Assembly: GCA_945787565.1 (NCBI GenBank)
Contig: CALZIE010000001.1
Span: 1 to 63,930 of the forward strand
DNA: 63,930 nucleotides
Reading direction: 5' to 3'
Source of the DNA: an uncultured Lachnospiraceae bacterium
GTDB lineage: Bacteria; Bacillota; Clostridia; Lachnospirales; Lachnospiraceae
In this document: in pieces, positions 30,015-39,772 of the stretch
Layout of the letters: each line of letters begins with the position of its first letter
Position numbering within the stretch: position 1 is the first letter of the stretch
Position numbers and translations under genes: made by a program
Notes under the pieces: generated by a model
Seen by the model: the letters and a program-made list of their open reading frames with translations, nothing else
Told to the model about the DNA's origin: nothing
The model's database searches: none

Positions 30015-30157
30015 TCAAACTACATTCCTTGCGTAAAGACCTGAATCTTTATTTCTTAAATCCTCCTGTCTTACATGGATTTACTGAATAAAAAGAACAG
30101 GGCCACTGACAACACACAGCATCCCTGTTCTTGTTATACCGAAACTTTTCCAAACCA

Positions 30158-31474
30158 TCAGCCTTTTACGGATCCAGATAACCCTTCCACATAATACTTC
30201 TGCATAACAATAAATAAAAGGGCAATTGGAATCGATACTACAACGGCGCCTGCTGCAAATCTTGTATACCAGGTGGTGATAAACTCTTTCTGCAGCATAG
30301 TCCATAAGCCAAGTGCTACGGTATAGTTTGCATAATCATCCCCCATGATAACCTTTGCAAAAATGAAATCCATCCATGGTGCTGTAAAAGAGGTTAAAAT
30401 AGTATAAATGATAATTGGTTTCGATAACGGTATTGTAATTTTCGTAAACACTCCCCATCTGGTCGCTCCATCTATGATAGCGGCCTCATCCAGTGCTTTT
30501 GGAATAGTATCAAAGAATCCCTTTGCAATATAATAAGTCAGTGCTGCACCGCCGGAATAAACCAATACCAGTGCTGCCAAAGACTGTGAAAGCCCAAGTC
30601 CCTTTAAAATATAATAAACTGCGATCATGGACATGAATCCTGGGAACATTCCAAGTATTAAAAGCACATTCATAAACAGCTTTCTTACCTTAAAACGAAG
30701 TCTTGAAAATACATACGCAGTAGAAAGCACATAAAATGTTGAAATAATACAGGAGCAGATGGCCACGATAAAGGTATTCAAAAACCATCTTAAGAAATAG
30801 AACTGATCTGTTTCTGTAAACAGTTTCACATAATTATCAACGGTGAAGGATTTTGGCCAGAAATATGGGGTATAAGATCCGCTCTCACCACGGAAGGACG
30901 TTAAGATAACCCATAAGATTGGCAGAATCCAAATAATCGACATCGTAATCAAAATAATATAAGCCGGGCTTGTTTTTGTTGCCTTCATGGCTGCCACAAT
31001 GCTTACAAGACTTAAAATAAGTCCAAGCCAGTAGCCAAAGCATAGATTCTTCACCATAAAGAGTTCACTGCAAAGCCCAAGTGCATTCATCTTCTTGGCA
31101 ATGCTAAAAAGCACCACTAAAAACGATAAAAGGCTTAAAGCCGATAAAACACTGACAATACGATAAAATGATCTTCTATGCGAAATGATTGGAAGAATAG
31201 CAGCAAATACACAAGCTATCACTGGTACAAGCAATACTACTCGGTATAAACCATATAAGCTTACACTTTTTGTAACTGTTCCATTCCCAAGTGTCTTCGT
31301 AAGGTATGCATCCTTTTCAAAACATTCTTTCAAGAGAGAAAATCCAGTGTAAGAAATCCCGCCTGCTTCCCACTTTACAAACGGAAGAAACATGCACAAA
31401 AGAGTAAGCAGAGCAATGACCGGTACAATAATACGATATTGTTTTCTCTCTTCCATCCTATCACTGTGTTTCAT
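30158..31474 (-). CDS. maltodextrin ABC permease (MalG-like) with extra N-terminal membrane domain
   Basis: EAA motif LDEAAIIDGA, GMFPGF, C-terminal GLSGSVKG. Confidence 0.88.
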   Translation of the reverse strand: MKHSDRMEERKQYRIIVPVIALLTLLCMFLPFVKWEAGGISYTGFSLLKECFEKDAYLTKTLGNGTVTKSVSLYGLYRVVLLVPVIACVFAAILPIISHRRSFYRIVSVLSALSLLSFLVVLFSIAKKMNALGLCSELFMVKNLCFGYWLGLILSLVSIVAAMKATKTSPAYIILITMSIIWILPILWVILTSFRGESGSYTPYFWPKSFTVDNYVKLFTETDQFYFLRWFLNTFIVAICSCIISTFYVLSTAYVFSRLRFKVRKLFMNVLLILGMFPGFMSMIAVYYILKGLGLSQSLAALVLVYSGGAALTYYIAKGFFDTIPKALDEAAIIDGATRWGVFTKITIPLSKPIIIYTILTSFTAPWMDFIFAKVIMGDDYANYTVALGLWTMLQKEFITTWYTRFAAGAVVVSIPIALLFIVMQKYYVEGLSGSVKG

Positions 31475-32913
31475 TATTGGAATCCCTCCTCATTCTTGTA
31501 AGAATTCGTGCGTCTGTAGGTTAATAAAGAGAAGGTAGAACAGATCACGAAGATTAAGATACCGATTGTCGCAGCGTAGCAGTAATCTTTATTATCTACT
31601 GTCAGCTTATACAGCCAGGTAACCAAAAGATCGGTCTTTCCTGCTCCTTTATAATAATCAACCGTTAACGGTGCACCGGCACTTAAGAAATAGATAACAT
31701 TAAAGTTATTGATATTCGAAATGAACTGGGTAATCAGATACGGGGTCGTAACAAATAGCATATATGGCAACGTAATCTTAAAGAAAATAGTTGCCGGGCC
31801 TGCTCCGTCGATTTTTGCACTCTCATATAAGTCGGATGGAATATTCATTAGAATCCCGGTTGTAATTAACATTGTATGAGGAATGCCGACCCATAGATTA
31901 ACGATAATTACGGTCACTCTCGCCCATGTTGCATCCGTCCAGAATGGAAGAGCCTTATCAATAAATCCAAGCTCCTGAAGCAGGATATTTAACGAACCAC
32001 TGTCCGCCAAGATCAGATGAATGGCTAAAAGGGATACGAATAATGGAACGGCAATTGACAGTACGAAGATCGTACGCCAAAGTTTCTTTAATTTGATTTC
32101 TTTTTTATTGATCAAGATGGCAAGAAGCATGCCGAAAATGTAATTTAAGAAGGTTGCAAATACCGCCCAGATTAATGTCCAGCCAAAGATTGGCCAGAAT
32201 GTCTTTCCGATTTTCTCACCAGATAATAAAATGGTCCTAAAGTTTTTCATCCCTACCCAGGTAAATAAATTTCCCGGTGGCTGGTGATCGGAATCAAAGT
32301 TTGTAAATGCCATTAAGAACATAAAGATAAGTGGCATAATCGTAAAAACCAGAAGTCCCATAGACGGGAGAAATAAAAGTGTTTTGTGTGCTCCCTGATC
32401 GAACAGGGACTTGATATCATCCACAAATCCAGGAATCTTCTTCTTACTGTTCTTTAATTCCTGAACCTTTAATGCGGATTTAATTCCTGAATACCAGATG
32501 CATAAAAATAATAGAATAATAACTGCTGCAGTAACACCGTATAGCAGACATAACATAGAGTTATCACCCTTTATCACATCGTAGATGCCTGTCGTTTCAT
32601 TATACACTTTTGACTGCTGTACAGTTCCTAATGAAACAAGCTTTCCAAGTGCAGCCGCTCCGAATGTAAACAGATAAAAGATAAATCCGCACTCCATCAG
32701 AAGATACAGCATTCCCTTTACAATCTGTCCTCTACATAAATTACCGAATCCTAAGATAAGAAATGATAGCTTTGTTACGATATCACCATCCTTAAATACA
32801 TCTTTAATTACCTTAAATGGATTCTGCAATTTTTCTGAGTTCTTACTTGAAACATTTTTCCCTACTACATTTCCTTGTTTTTTGCGTCCCAAATAATCCG
32901 ACCTCCTAACCAA
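31474..32913 (-). CDS. maltodextrin ABC permease (MalF-like)
   Basis: LYESAKIDGA, NINNFNVIY and GKTDLLVTWLY motifs. Confidence 0.9.
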   Translation of the reverse strand: MVRRSDYLGRKKQGNVVGKNVSSKNSEKLQNPFKVIKDVFKDGDIVTKLSFLILGFGNLCRGQIVKGMLYLLMECGFIFYLFTFGAAALGKLVSLGTVQQSKVYNETTGIYDVIKGDNSMLCLLYGVTAAVIILLFLCIWYSGIKSALKVQELKNSKKKIPGFVDDIKSLFDQGAHKTLLFLPSMGLLVFTIMPLIFMFLMAFTNFDSDHQPPGNLFTWVGMKNFRTILLSGEKIGKTFWPIFGWTLIWAVFATFLNYIFGMLLAILINKKEIKLKKLWRTIFVLSIAVPLFVSLLAIHLILADSGSLNILLQELGFIDKALPFWTDATWARVTVIIVNLWVGIPHTMLITTGILMNIPSDLYESAKIDGAGPATIFFKITLPYMLFVTTPYLITQFISNINNFNVIYFLSAGAPLTVDYYKGAGKTDLLVTWLYKLTVDNKDYCYAATIGILIFVICSTFSLLTYRRTNSYKNEEGFQ

Positions 32914-33005
32914 ATGTCTTCCCCCCTAAACAGACAATTGATGCTACTATTCTTCGTCCTCTCACTCTTTCCAATCGCCTGCTTAGGGTGAAAGGCACTT
33001 TATAC

Positions 33006-33029
33006 CGGACCGGCCTTTTGGCCGGTCCG
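33006..33029. promoter_or_regulatory. GC-rich stem-loop after the solute-binding protein gene (probable mRNA stabiliser)
   Basis: CGGACCGGCC-TTTT-GGCCGGTCCG perfect hairpin with no U-tract. Confidence 0.55.
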
Positions 33030-33053
33030 ATCCTCTAAAAAAAGAGAGAAAGA

Positions 33054-34373
33054 TTACTCTAATGTAGATAAAATACCGCCTACCATCAGATCCAGTTTTT
33101 CCTGCATATTATCCTTAGTAATCTCACCATTGATAATGCCATTACCGAATGCTTCTGCTGGAGACCAGTAATCATTCATCTTTGTAATGGTTGGCTGAAT
33201 GGTAGAGAATGTTGTCTGAAGAGATAATGCTAATGTTGCTGGATCACTCTGTACCTCTGGATCTTCCATAAGAGATAATACCGTTGGGGCAACCTGTCTA
33301 GCCTCGAAACGAAGCTTCTGACATTCTTCTCCACCTAAGTATTCAGCTAACGCCATAGCAGCAAGAGGATACTTAGTTGCTGTATTAACACCGATGGATT
33401 TGAAATCTGCGAAGTTGCTTAACTGATAATCGGTTCCATCAATATTGATAGTTGGAAGCTTGCATGCTGCATAATTGTCACCAAGATACTCTTTGATGGT
33501 TGCTGCATCCCATGTACCAGAGCAACCGGCTGCAAGAGTGCCATTCTTTAATTCTTCTTTGAATTTACCATCTGCTTCTTCTGAATATTTTGGATTGTTT
33601 GCTAAATCAACCAGATAATTTCCGACTTTTACACCCATATCATTATTAAAATCACACTGGGTCTCATCGGTACCGTCTGCCCCGAACAGCGTGCAGCCTG
33701 CGCCTAAGAAAAATGCTTCAATGTACCAGCTGTTTGTCAGATCGCAAGAGAAGTTCTTTACATCAGCACCTAAATCCTTTGCCATCATAGTCTCTAACGA
33801 TTTTACATCATCCTCTGTGTACATGCTCTTGTTATAATACATAAACCAAGCGTTTGGAGTAAATGGAACTGCATATAAGGTACCGTCTACCACACCGGAA
33901 TTTACAGCTACTTCACTGTGAATTGCACGGATTTCCGCCTCATTCTTTGTTAATGGATAAATGGCATCTGCTGCAACTAATTCAGTAACACCGCCTGATG
34001 CAAACATAAATACATCCGCACCGGCCTCAGTATCCTTTAATAACTCATTCTTTGCATCGCCTTCTGCAACAACCCCATATTCATATGTAATATTCCATTC
34101 CGGATGATTTTCATTAAATGTATCGCACATTTGCTTTAAGATATCCTGTTCATCTTGCGGTCCCCAAACCTTTAGCTGAACATCCTCTACGGTTACTACT
34201 TCTTCTGTTGGTGCTGTTTCTGCTGGTGTTGCAGTTGCCTCTGTCTTAGTCTCTTCGGATGCGCTTGAACTACTTGTCTGATCAGAATCATCTTTCTTGC
34301 CACATGCTGCGAATGAGGTCATCACCATAGCAGCTACCATAAGTAATGCGGTTACTCTTTTTAAATTCTTCAT
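33054..34373 (-). CDS. maltodextrin-binding lipoprotein (MalE-like)
   Basis: Lipobox FAAC, ADVF and MYYNKS motifs. Position in the operon. Confidence 0.88.
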   Translation of the reverse strand: MKNLKRVTALLMVAAMVMTSFAACGKKDDSDQTSSSSASEETKTEATATPAETAPTEEVVTVEDVQLKVWGPQDEQDILKQMCDTFNENHPEWNITYEYGVVAEGDAKNELLKDTEAGADVFMFASGGVTELVAADAIYPLTKNEAEIRAIHSEVAVNSGVVDGTLYAVPFTPNAWFMYYNKSMYTEDDVKSLETMMAKDLGADVKNFSCDLTNSWYIEAFFLGAGCTLFGADGTDETQCDFNNDMGVKVGNYLVDLANNPKYSEEADGKFKEELKNGTLAAGCSGTWDAATIKEYLGDNYAACKLPTINIDGTDYQLSNFADFKSIGVNTATKYPLAAMALAEYLGGEECQKLRFEARQVAPTVLSLMEDPEVQSDPATLALSLQTTFSTIQPTITKMNDYWSPAEAFGNGIINGEITKDNMQEKLDLMVGGILSTLE

Positions 34374-34406
34374 AATCCTACCTCTCTCCTTTTCTTGCAA
34401 CTGTTT

Positions 34407-36752
34407 TTATGCATGCCATATCTCTCTTGCATAGTCTCTAATGGTTCTGTCACTCGAGAACTTTCCAGCATTTGCTGTATTAATAAAACACTTTCTCCTA
34501 AACTCATACACATCGGAGTAATCCCTATTGACCTTAAGTTTTGCTTCCACATAAGGAAGAAAATCAAGTAACAGATAATAATGGTCCGGCACATGCCAGG
34601 TAGCTCCTTTTAATAAAGCCGTATGTAATTCTTTAAATATACCGCTTCCTCCATCATCAAATGTCCCATCGATTAATGTGTCCACAACCCTCTTGATCCT
34701 TGCCTCCTTCTTGTAAAGTTTAACTGGATCATATGTCTTACTAATCTTTCTAATATCTTCCACTCTGGCTCCAAAGATGTAATTATTCTCTTCTCCTGCT
34801 TCTGCCACAATCTCAACATTCGCGCCATCATAAGTACCAAGTGTCACGGCGCCATTTAACATGAACTTCATGTTCCCGGTTCCGGATGCTTCTGTTCCTG
34901 CGGTTGAAATCTGCTCAGAAATGTCTGCTGCCGGAACTAATTTTTCTGCATAAGACACATTGTAATTCTGAACGAATACAACCTGCATCTTATCCTTCAT
35001 CTCAGGATCCGCTGCAATCATCTTGCCAATCTCATTGATATACTTAATGATCCCTTTGGCTCTTGCATAGCCAGGTGCTGCTTTGGCTCCAAAGATAAAA
35101 CAGGTCGGATTGAACTCTAGAATTCTTCCTTCCTTTATACCATAATAAATATCCAGAATGGAAAATGCATTTAGCAGCTGACGTTTATACTCATGCAGAC
35201 GCTTTACCTGAATATCGAATATAAAGTCAGGATTGATGCTAACCCCTTCTCGTTCGTAAATATACTCTGCAAGCTGTCTCTTCTTAATCTTCTTAATATC
35301 ATCAAACTGCTTAATCGTAGCTTTATCATCTTTAAATTTCTCTAGCTTCTTAAGACAGTCTAAATCCGTGGTCCAACCATTTCCGATCTTATCCGTGATA
35401 AATCCAGACAGCTCCATATTCGAAAGAGCAAGCCATCTTCTCTGGGTAATGCCATTTGTCTTATTATTGAATCGCTCTGGATAGATCTGATACCATTCCT
35501 TTAAAGCATCCTTCTTTAAGATGTCGGTATGAATCTCTGCCACACCATTAATGGAATGACCGGCATAGATGGCAAGGCGCGCCATATGAATCAGATTCTC
35601 ATCAATAATATTATAAATCTTCTGTTCTTCCTTTGTCTTAATTCCTTTTAGTTTCAGATCCTTTATTAACTGCTTTTGAATCATCTGTATGTATTTATAA
35701 ACATTCGGAATGACCTTCTTAAACAGAGGGATGCTCCATTTTTCAAGTGCTTCTGCCATAATGGTATGATTGGTATAAGCAAATGTCTCTTTTGCGATCT
35801 TAAATGCTTTCGCAAAGGAAACGCCCTCCTCTTCCATTAGAATTCGGATAAATTCCGGTATTGCTACAACCGGGTGGGTATCATTTAGCTGAATGGCATA
35901 TTCTGCGCTAAAATGAGAGAAGTCTTTCTCATGCTTTTTCTTATAGCTGCGAATGGTATCCTGGATCGTAGCGCTTGAGAAGAAATACTGCTGTTTTAAA
36001 CGAAGCTTCTTGCCTTCATCTGTGGAGTCATTCGGATATAAGACCGAACAGATAGCATCTGCATCTACTCTTCCCTTTGCCGCCTCCATATACTTCTGAT
36101 CATTGAATAATTCAAAATCAAATGCCTTTACCGGTTCCGCTTGCCATAAACGAAGAACATTGATTTTCGATGCTCCATATCCGATGACCGGTGAGTCATA
36201 TGGAACTGCATATACGGTCTCATCCTTAAATACAACCTTAACCTTGTCTTCCTCTTTTCGTACCGACCATGGATCCCCGTATTTCATCCAATCGTCAGCC
36301 GTCTCCTTCTGGAAGCCATCTTCAAAATACTGTTTGAACAAGCCATATTTATAACGGATACCATATCCATTTAATGTGATTCCTACTGTTGCCCCGGAAT
36401 CTAAGAAACATGCTGCCAGTCTTCCAAGTCCGCCATTTCCTAATGCGGCATCCTCAATATCTTCTAAAGCCCTGATATCTCTTCCCGCCTCGCTCATAAG
36501 TTCCGTAAATTGATTAAATAACCCAAGACTTAATAAATTATTGTATACCATACGTCCAATTAGAAACTCCGCTGACAGATAGCATACTTTCTTTGTATCA
36601 TTCTCTCTTGCTTTCTCGCTAAAGTTCTTTCCGACTGTAACCATAGCTGCCTTTGATACCGCATTATACAGTTCCACAGTCGTTGCATCTTTGATGCTTT
36701 TCTCATACTCTAATTCTAATATCTTCTTCACATCATCTTTAAAGCTATTCAT
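34407..36752 (-). CDS. glgP: glycogen/maltodextrin phosphorylase
   Basis: LGNGGLGRLAAC, QLNDTHP, KRLHEYKRQ, and the PLP site EASGTGNMK. Confidence 0.95.
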   Translation of the reverse strand: MNSFKDDVKKILELEYEKSIKDATTVELYNAVSKAAMVTVGKNFSEKARENDTKKVCYLSAEFLIGRMVYNNLLSLGLFNQFTELMSEAGRDIRALEDIEDAALGNGGLGRLAACFLDSGATVGITLNGYGIRYKYGLFKQYFEDGFQKETADDWMKYGDPWSVRKEEDKVKVVFKDETVYAVPYDSPVIGYGASKINVLRLWQAEPVKAFDFELFNDQKYMEAAKGRVDADAICSVLYPNDSTDEGKKLRLKQQYFFSSATIQDTIRSYKKKHEKDFSHFSAEYAIQLNDTHPVVAIPEFIRILMEEEGVSFAKAFKIAKETFAYTNHTIMAEALEKWSIPLFKKVIPNVYKYIQMIQKQLIKDLKLKGIKTKEEQKIYNIIDENLIHMARLAIYAGHSINGVAEIHTDILKKDALKEWYQIYPERFNNKTNGITQRRWLALSNMELSGFITDKIGNGWTTDLDCLKKLEKFKDDKATIKQFDDIKKIKKRQLAEYIYEREGVSINPDFIFDIQVKRLHEYKRQLLNAFSILDIYYGIKEGRILEFNPTCFIFGAKAAPGYARAKGIIKYINEIGKMIAADPEMKDKMQVVFVQNYNVSYAEKLVPAADISEQISTAGTEASGTGNMKFMLNGAVTLGTYDGANVEIVAEAGEENNYIFGARVEDIRKISKTYDPVKLYKKEARIKRVVDTLIDGTFDDGGSGIFKELHTALLKGATWHVPDHYYLLLDFLPYVEAKLKVNRDYSDVYEFRRKCFINTANAGKFSSDRTIRDYAREIWHA

Positions 36753-36778
36753 CTAAAGAACCTCCTTATGGTGTGCTG

Positions 36779-38278
36779 TTACCGGTTATACATCTCACAT
36801 AACTTCTTATAATAGATTGTATCAATAAGCGCATACTGTTCTTTTTGCATCCTCCAGATCCAGTTGCCTCCTAACGTGGACGGATAATTCATCCTTGCCT
36901 TATTATCTAAGAATAACAGATCCTGCATCTGAATCATGACCACATTCGATATACTTGCAAACATACTTCGTATTATTGCCTGTGGCAACATGCTTCTCTT
37001 TCGGATATTAAAGAATGAAAGCAATTTACTAATATCTTTTCGCTTTTTTCCATTTAAAAAGCCCACAAGCGTCTCATTATCATGCGTTCCAATATACGTG
37101 ATGATATTATTGGTCGTATAATTATGAGGCAGATAGTCATTGGCAGCATTGCCATCAAGTCCGAACTCCAGCACCTTCATGCCAGGATATCCTGCTTTTT
37201 TCATGACACGCTTTACTTCTGGAGTCATGACCCCTAAGTCTTCTGCAATGATTTTTGCATTTCCGATGGACTCATTGATTACCTTTACTAACTTTTCCCC
37301 CGGTCCGTTCTTCCACTGTCCGCCTACTGCGGTCTTATTCTCTGCAGGTATCGACCAGTAATTCACGATGCCGATAAAATGGTCAATCCGGATGACATCA
37401 TATAACGACGCTGACGCCTGCATCCTTCTTCTCCACCAGTCAAAATTCTGCTGCTCCATATGAGCCCAGTTATAAATTGGATTTCCCCATCTTTGTCCGT
37501 CTTCTGAGAAGATATCTGGCGGAACTCCTGCAATATTCACTTCTTTTAAGTTCTCGTCCAGCTCAAATAGATTCGGATGCACCCACACATCTGCGCTGTC
37601 CATTGCCACATAAAGCGGAATGTCTCCAATTAACTGAATTCCTAAGCTATTCACATATTGTTTTAATGCATCCCACTGCATTCTGAACTTATATTGAAGG
37701 AATCGATAAAATGCGATTTCCTCCTCTAACTCTTTTTCCTGTCTTTTTAAAGCTTCCGGCTTTCTAAACTTAATGTCCTCTTCCCATAACGACCATTGCT
37801 GATTAAAAGAGGCATTCTTCACTGCCATGTACAAGCAGTAATCATCAAGCCAGTATGTATTCTCTTCACAAAATTCCTTAAACTCCGATTCTTCATAATG
37901 CCTGCTTCTTAAAAATGCCTTTTTTAAAATATCAAATCTTGTCTGATAAATCTGTGCATAATCAATCGTATCGCTGCTTATGATTCTGTATTCTTCTAGT
38001 TCCTCTTCCTGTAACAGCCCTTCTTCTTTTAGCTGACTTAAACTGATAAAATAAGGATTTCCTGCAAATGCGGAAAAAGACTGATAAGGACTGTCTCCAA
38101 AACTTGTAGGTCCTACCGGAAGCACCTGCCAGTAAGAAAAACCCATCTTCCTTACAAAGTCTGCATATTCATATGCTTCTTTACCAAGAGAGCCTATCCC
38201 AAATTCGTTTGGAAGGCTGCTTATTGGCATCAGTACCCCTGCACCCCTTTTGAGCTGCCGCTTTTCTACTCTCTCCAT
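36779..38278 (-). CDS. malQ: 4-alpha-glucanotransferase (GH77)
   Basis: WQVLP, SPY, GVPPD, RIDH, AEDLG and THDN motifs. Confidence 0.95.
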   Translation of the reverse strand: MERVEKRQLKRGAGVLMPISSLPNEFGIGSLGKEAYEYADFVRKMGFSYWQVLPVGPTSFGDSPYQSFSAFAGNPYFISLSQLKEEGLLQEEELEEYRIISSDTIDYAQIYQTRFDILKKAFLRSRHYEESEFKEFCEENTYWLDDYCLYMAVKNASFNQQWSLWEEDIKFRKPEALKRQEKELEEEIAFYRFLQYKFRMQWDALKQYVNSLGIQLIGDIPLYVAMDSADVWVHPNLFELDENLKEVNIAGVPPDIFSEDGQRWGNPIYNWAHMEQQNFDWWRRRMQASASLYDVIRIDHFIGIVNYWSIPAENKTAVGGQWKNGPGEKLVKVINESIGNAKIIAEDLGVMTPEVKRVMKKAGYPGMKVLEFGLDGNAANDYLPHNYTTNNIITYIGTHDNETLVGFLNGKKRKDISKLLSFFNIRKRSMLPQAIIRSMFASISNVVMIQMQDLLFLDNKARMNYPSTLGGNWIWRMQKEQYALIDTIYYKKLCEMYNR

Positions 38279-38296
38279 ATCGTCACCCTCACGTAT

Positions 38297-38314
38297 TTTC
38301 GATAAGTTTCGAAA
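38297..38314. promoter_or_regulatory. candidate LacI-family operator for the mal operon
   Basis: TTTCGATAAGTTTCGAAA near-palindrome just downstream of the -10, with related copies at 38523-38534 and 38551-38563. Confidence 0.6.
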
Positions 38315-38324
38315 TCATGGTTAA

Positions 38325-38353
38325 AGAATAACACCATTTCCTATATTTGTCAA
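38325..38353 (-). promoter_or_regulatory. sigma-A promoter of the malQ operon
   Basis: TTGACA, 17 bp, TATTCT with extended TG. Confidence 0.7.
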
Positions 38354-38617
38354 TAATGTTTATAGGAATTACTGTTGTTTTTTCCTAGTTTCTGTATTCC
38401 TTTTTCCGTTTTTCTTGTGAAATATCACAACGTCCTTTTAAATTGGTATTTTTTACTATCATACGCATGCTTTTCTTACTGCTAAAATACAAATGAAATC
38501 CTGTCATATTTCGTTTCCCTCACGAAACTATTCGAAAGTTTCTTAAATCACGAAAATTTTTCGCGATTTCTTCGCTTTTTCGTTATGTAAATAAAAGAAG
38601 AAATTTTTGTGCTTGGA

Positions 38618-38646
38618 TTGAAAAAGGAAAACTTTAGGATTATACT
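38618..38646 (+). promoter_or_regulatory. sigma-A promoter of the LacI regulator
   Basis: TTGAAA, 17 bp, TATACT. Confidence 0.6.
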
Positions 38647-38685
38647 GTAACTATTGAGTGAATTTTAAGATTTGGAGGGCTTTGT

Positions 38686-39684
38686 ATGGCCACAATTAAA
38701 GATATCGCAGACAAACTAGGCATTGCAGTCAGCACCGTATCAAAAGGCTTAAACGGTGCAAGCGACATCAGCCATGAGATGCGTCAGCTTGTACTCGATA
38801 CTGCCGTTGAGATGGGCTATGCATCTAAGCGTTTAAAAGCCAAGGGCACAAAAAAAGTCTGCATCCTTATAGAGAATATGGATTATGAGAATATTGATCA
38901 GTTCGGCTATGAGATTATCATGGGCTTTAAGCTTTCCGCTGCAAGACGTCACTGGGATGTGTCGGTTATTCCTTCTAACCTGAATATGCAGACACAAGAA
39001 AAGTTTGATACTTATATGCTAAAGAACGAGTTTTCCGGTGCCTTCCTGCTTGGTTTTACCCTACACGACGACTGGATCAAACAATTACATAAAACAAGCG
39101 TTCCTACTGTACTGTTAGATAACTATATCGCAGGTAATAATCATGTAGGCTATGTGGGAACCGACAGTCATGAAGGCATCTCTTTAGCAGTAAATCATTT
39201 AGTGGGACTCGGACATAAAAAAATTGCATTTTTAAATGGATCCAAGAATTCCATGGTATCCGACGAACGCTATCAGGCCTTTGTCTCCTGCATGCATGAG
39301 AATGGCCTTACCGCAGATGAAAATCTGATTGAATATGGCTACTATGTACCTGACTGTGCCAAAACTCATGTGCCTACGTTCTTACATAATGGAGCTACTG
39401 CAATTATATGCGCCAGTGATGTGATGGCATCAGGGGTTATTTCGGAAGTGACCAAACATGGACTTAAAGTTCCAGATGATATAAGCGTCATCGGGTATGA
39501 TGATCTTCCAATTGCAAGTCAGCTAAATCCACCTCTGACCACCATACGTCAGGACCGAATTGATTTAGGAAAAAGTGCTTTTCTTCTGTTAGATGGTCTG
39601 ATTAACGATGTGACTATCAGCAAACTTTTGCTTCGAGCAAAATTCATAGAACGGCAGTCAACAAAAGCGGTTAAGAAAGCATAG
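38686..39684 (+). CDS. LacI-family transcriptional regulator (probable maltodextrin repressor)
   Basis: TIKDIA...STVS HTH and VPDDISVIGYDD...PPLTTI. Divergent from malQ. Confidence 0.92.
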   Translation: MATIKDIADKLGIAVSTVSKGLNGASDISHEMRQLVLDTAVEMGYASKRLKAKGTKKVCILIENMDYENIDQFGYEIIMGFKLSAARRHWDVSVIPSNLNMQTQEKFDTYMLKNEFSGAFLLGFTLHDDWIKQLHKTSVPTVLLDNYIAGNNHVGYVGTDSHEGISLAVNHLVGLGHKKIAFLNGSKNSMVSDERYQAFVSCMHENGLTADENLIEYGYYVPDCAKTHVPTFLHNGATAIICASDVMASGVISEVTKHGLKVPDDISVIGYDDLPIASQLNPPLTTIRQDRIDLGKSAFLLLDGLINDVTISKLLLRAKFIERQSTKAVKKA

Positions 39685-39702
39685 ACAAAAACTATAAAAC
39701 AT

Positions 39703-39747
39703 AAAAAAAGAAGGGCATTACCGTTTTGGGTAATCCCCTTCTTTTTT
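39703..39747. terminator. bidirectional terminator (lacI/metG)
   Basis: AAAAAAGAAGGG.ATTACC / GGTAAT.CCCTTCTTTTTT. Confidence 0.8.
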
Positions 39748-39772
39748 CTATTTTATCTTATTTATTTGCTGA

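Noticed and set aside
30081-30305. 74-aa minus-strand ORF as the missing amylase N-terminus
   Set aside because: It is mostly an alternative frame of the permease 3' end and shows no GH13 or signal-peptide features.
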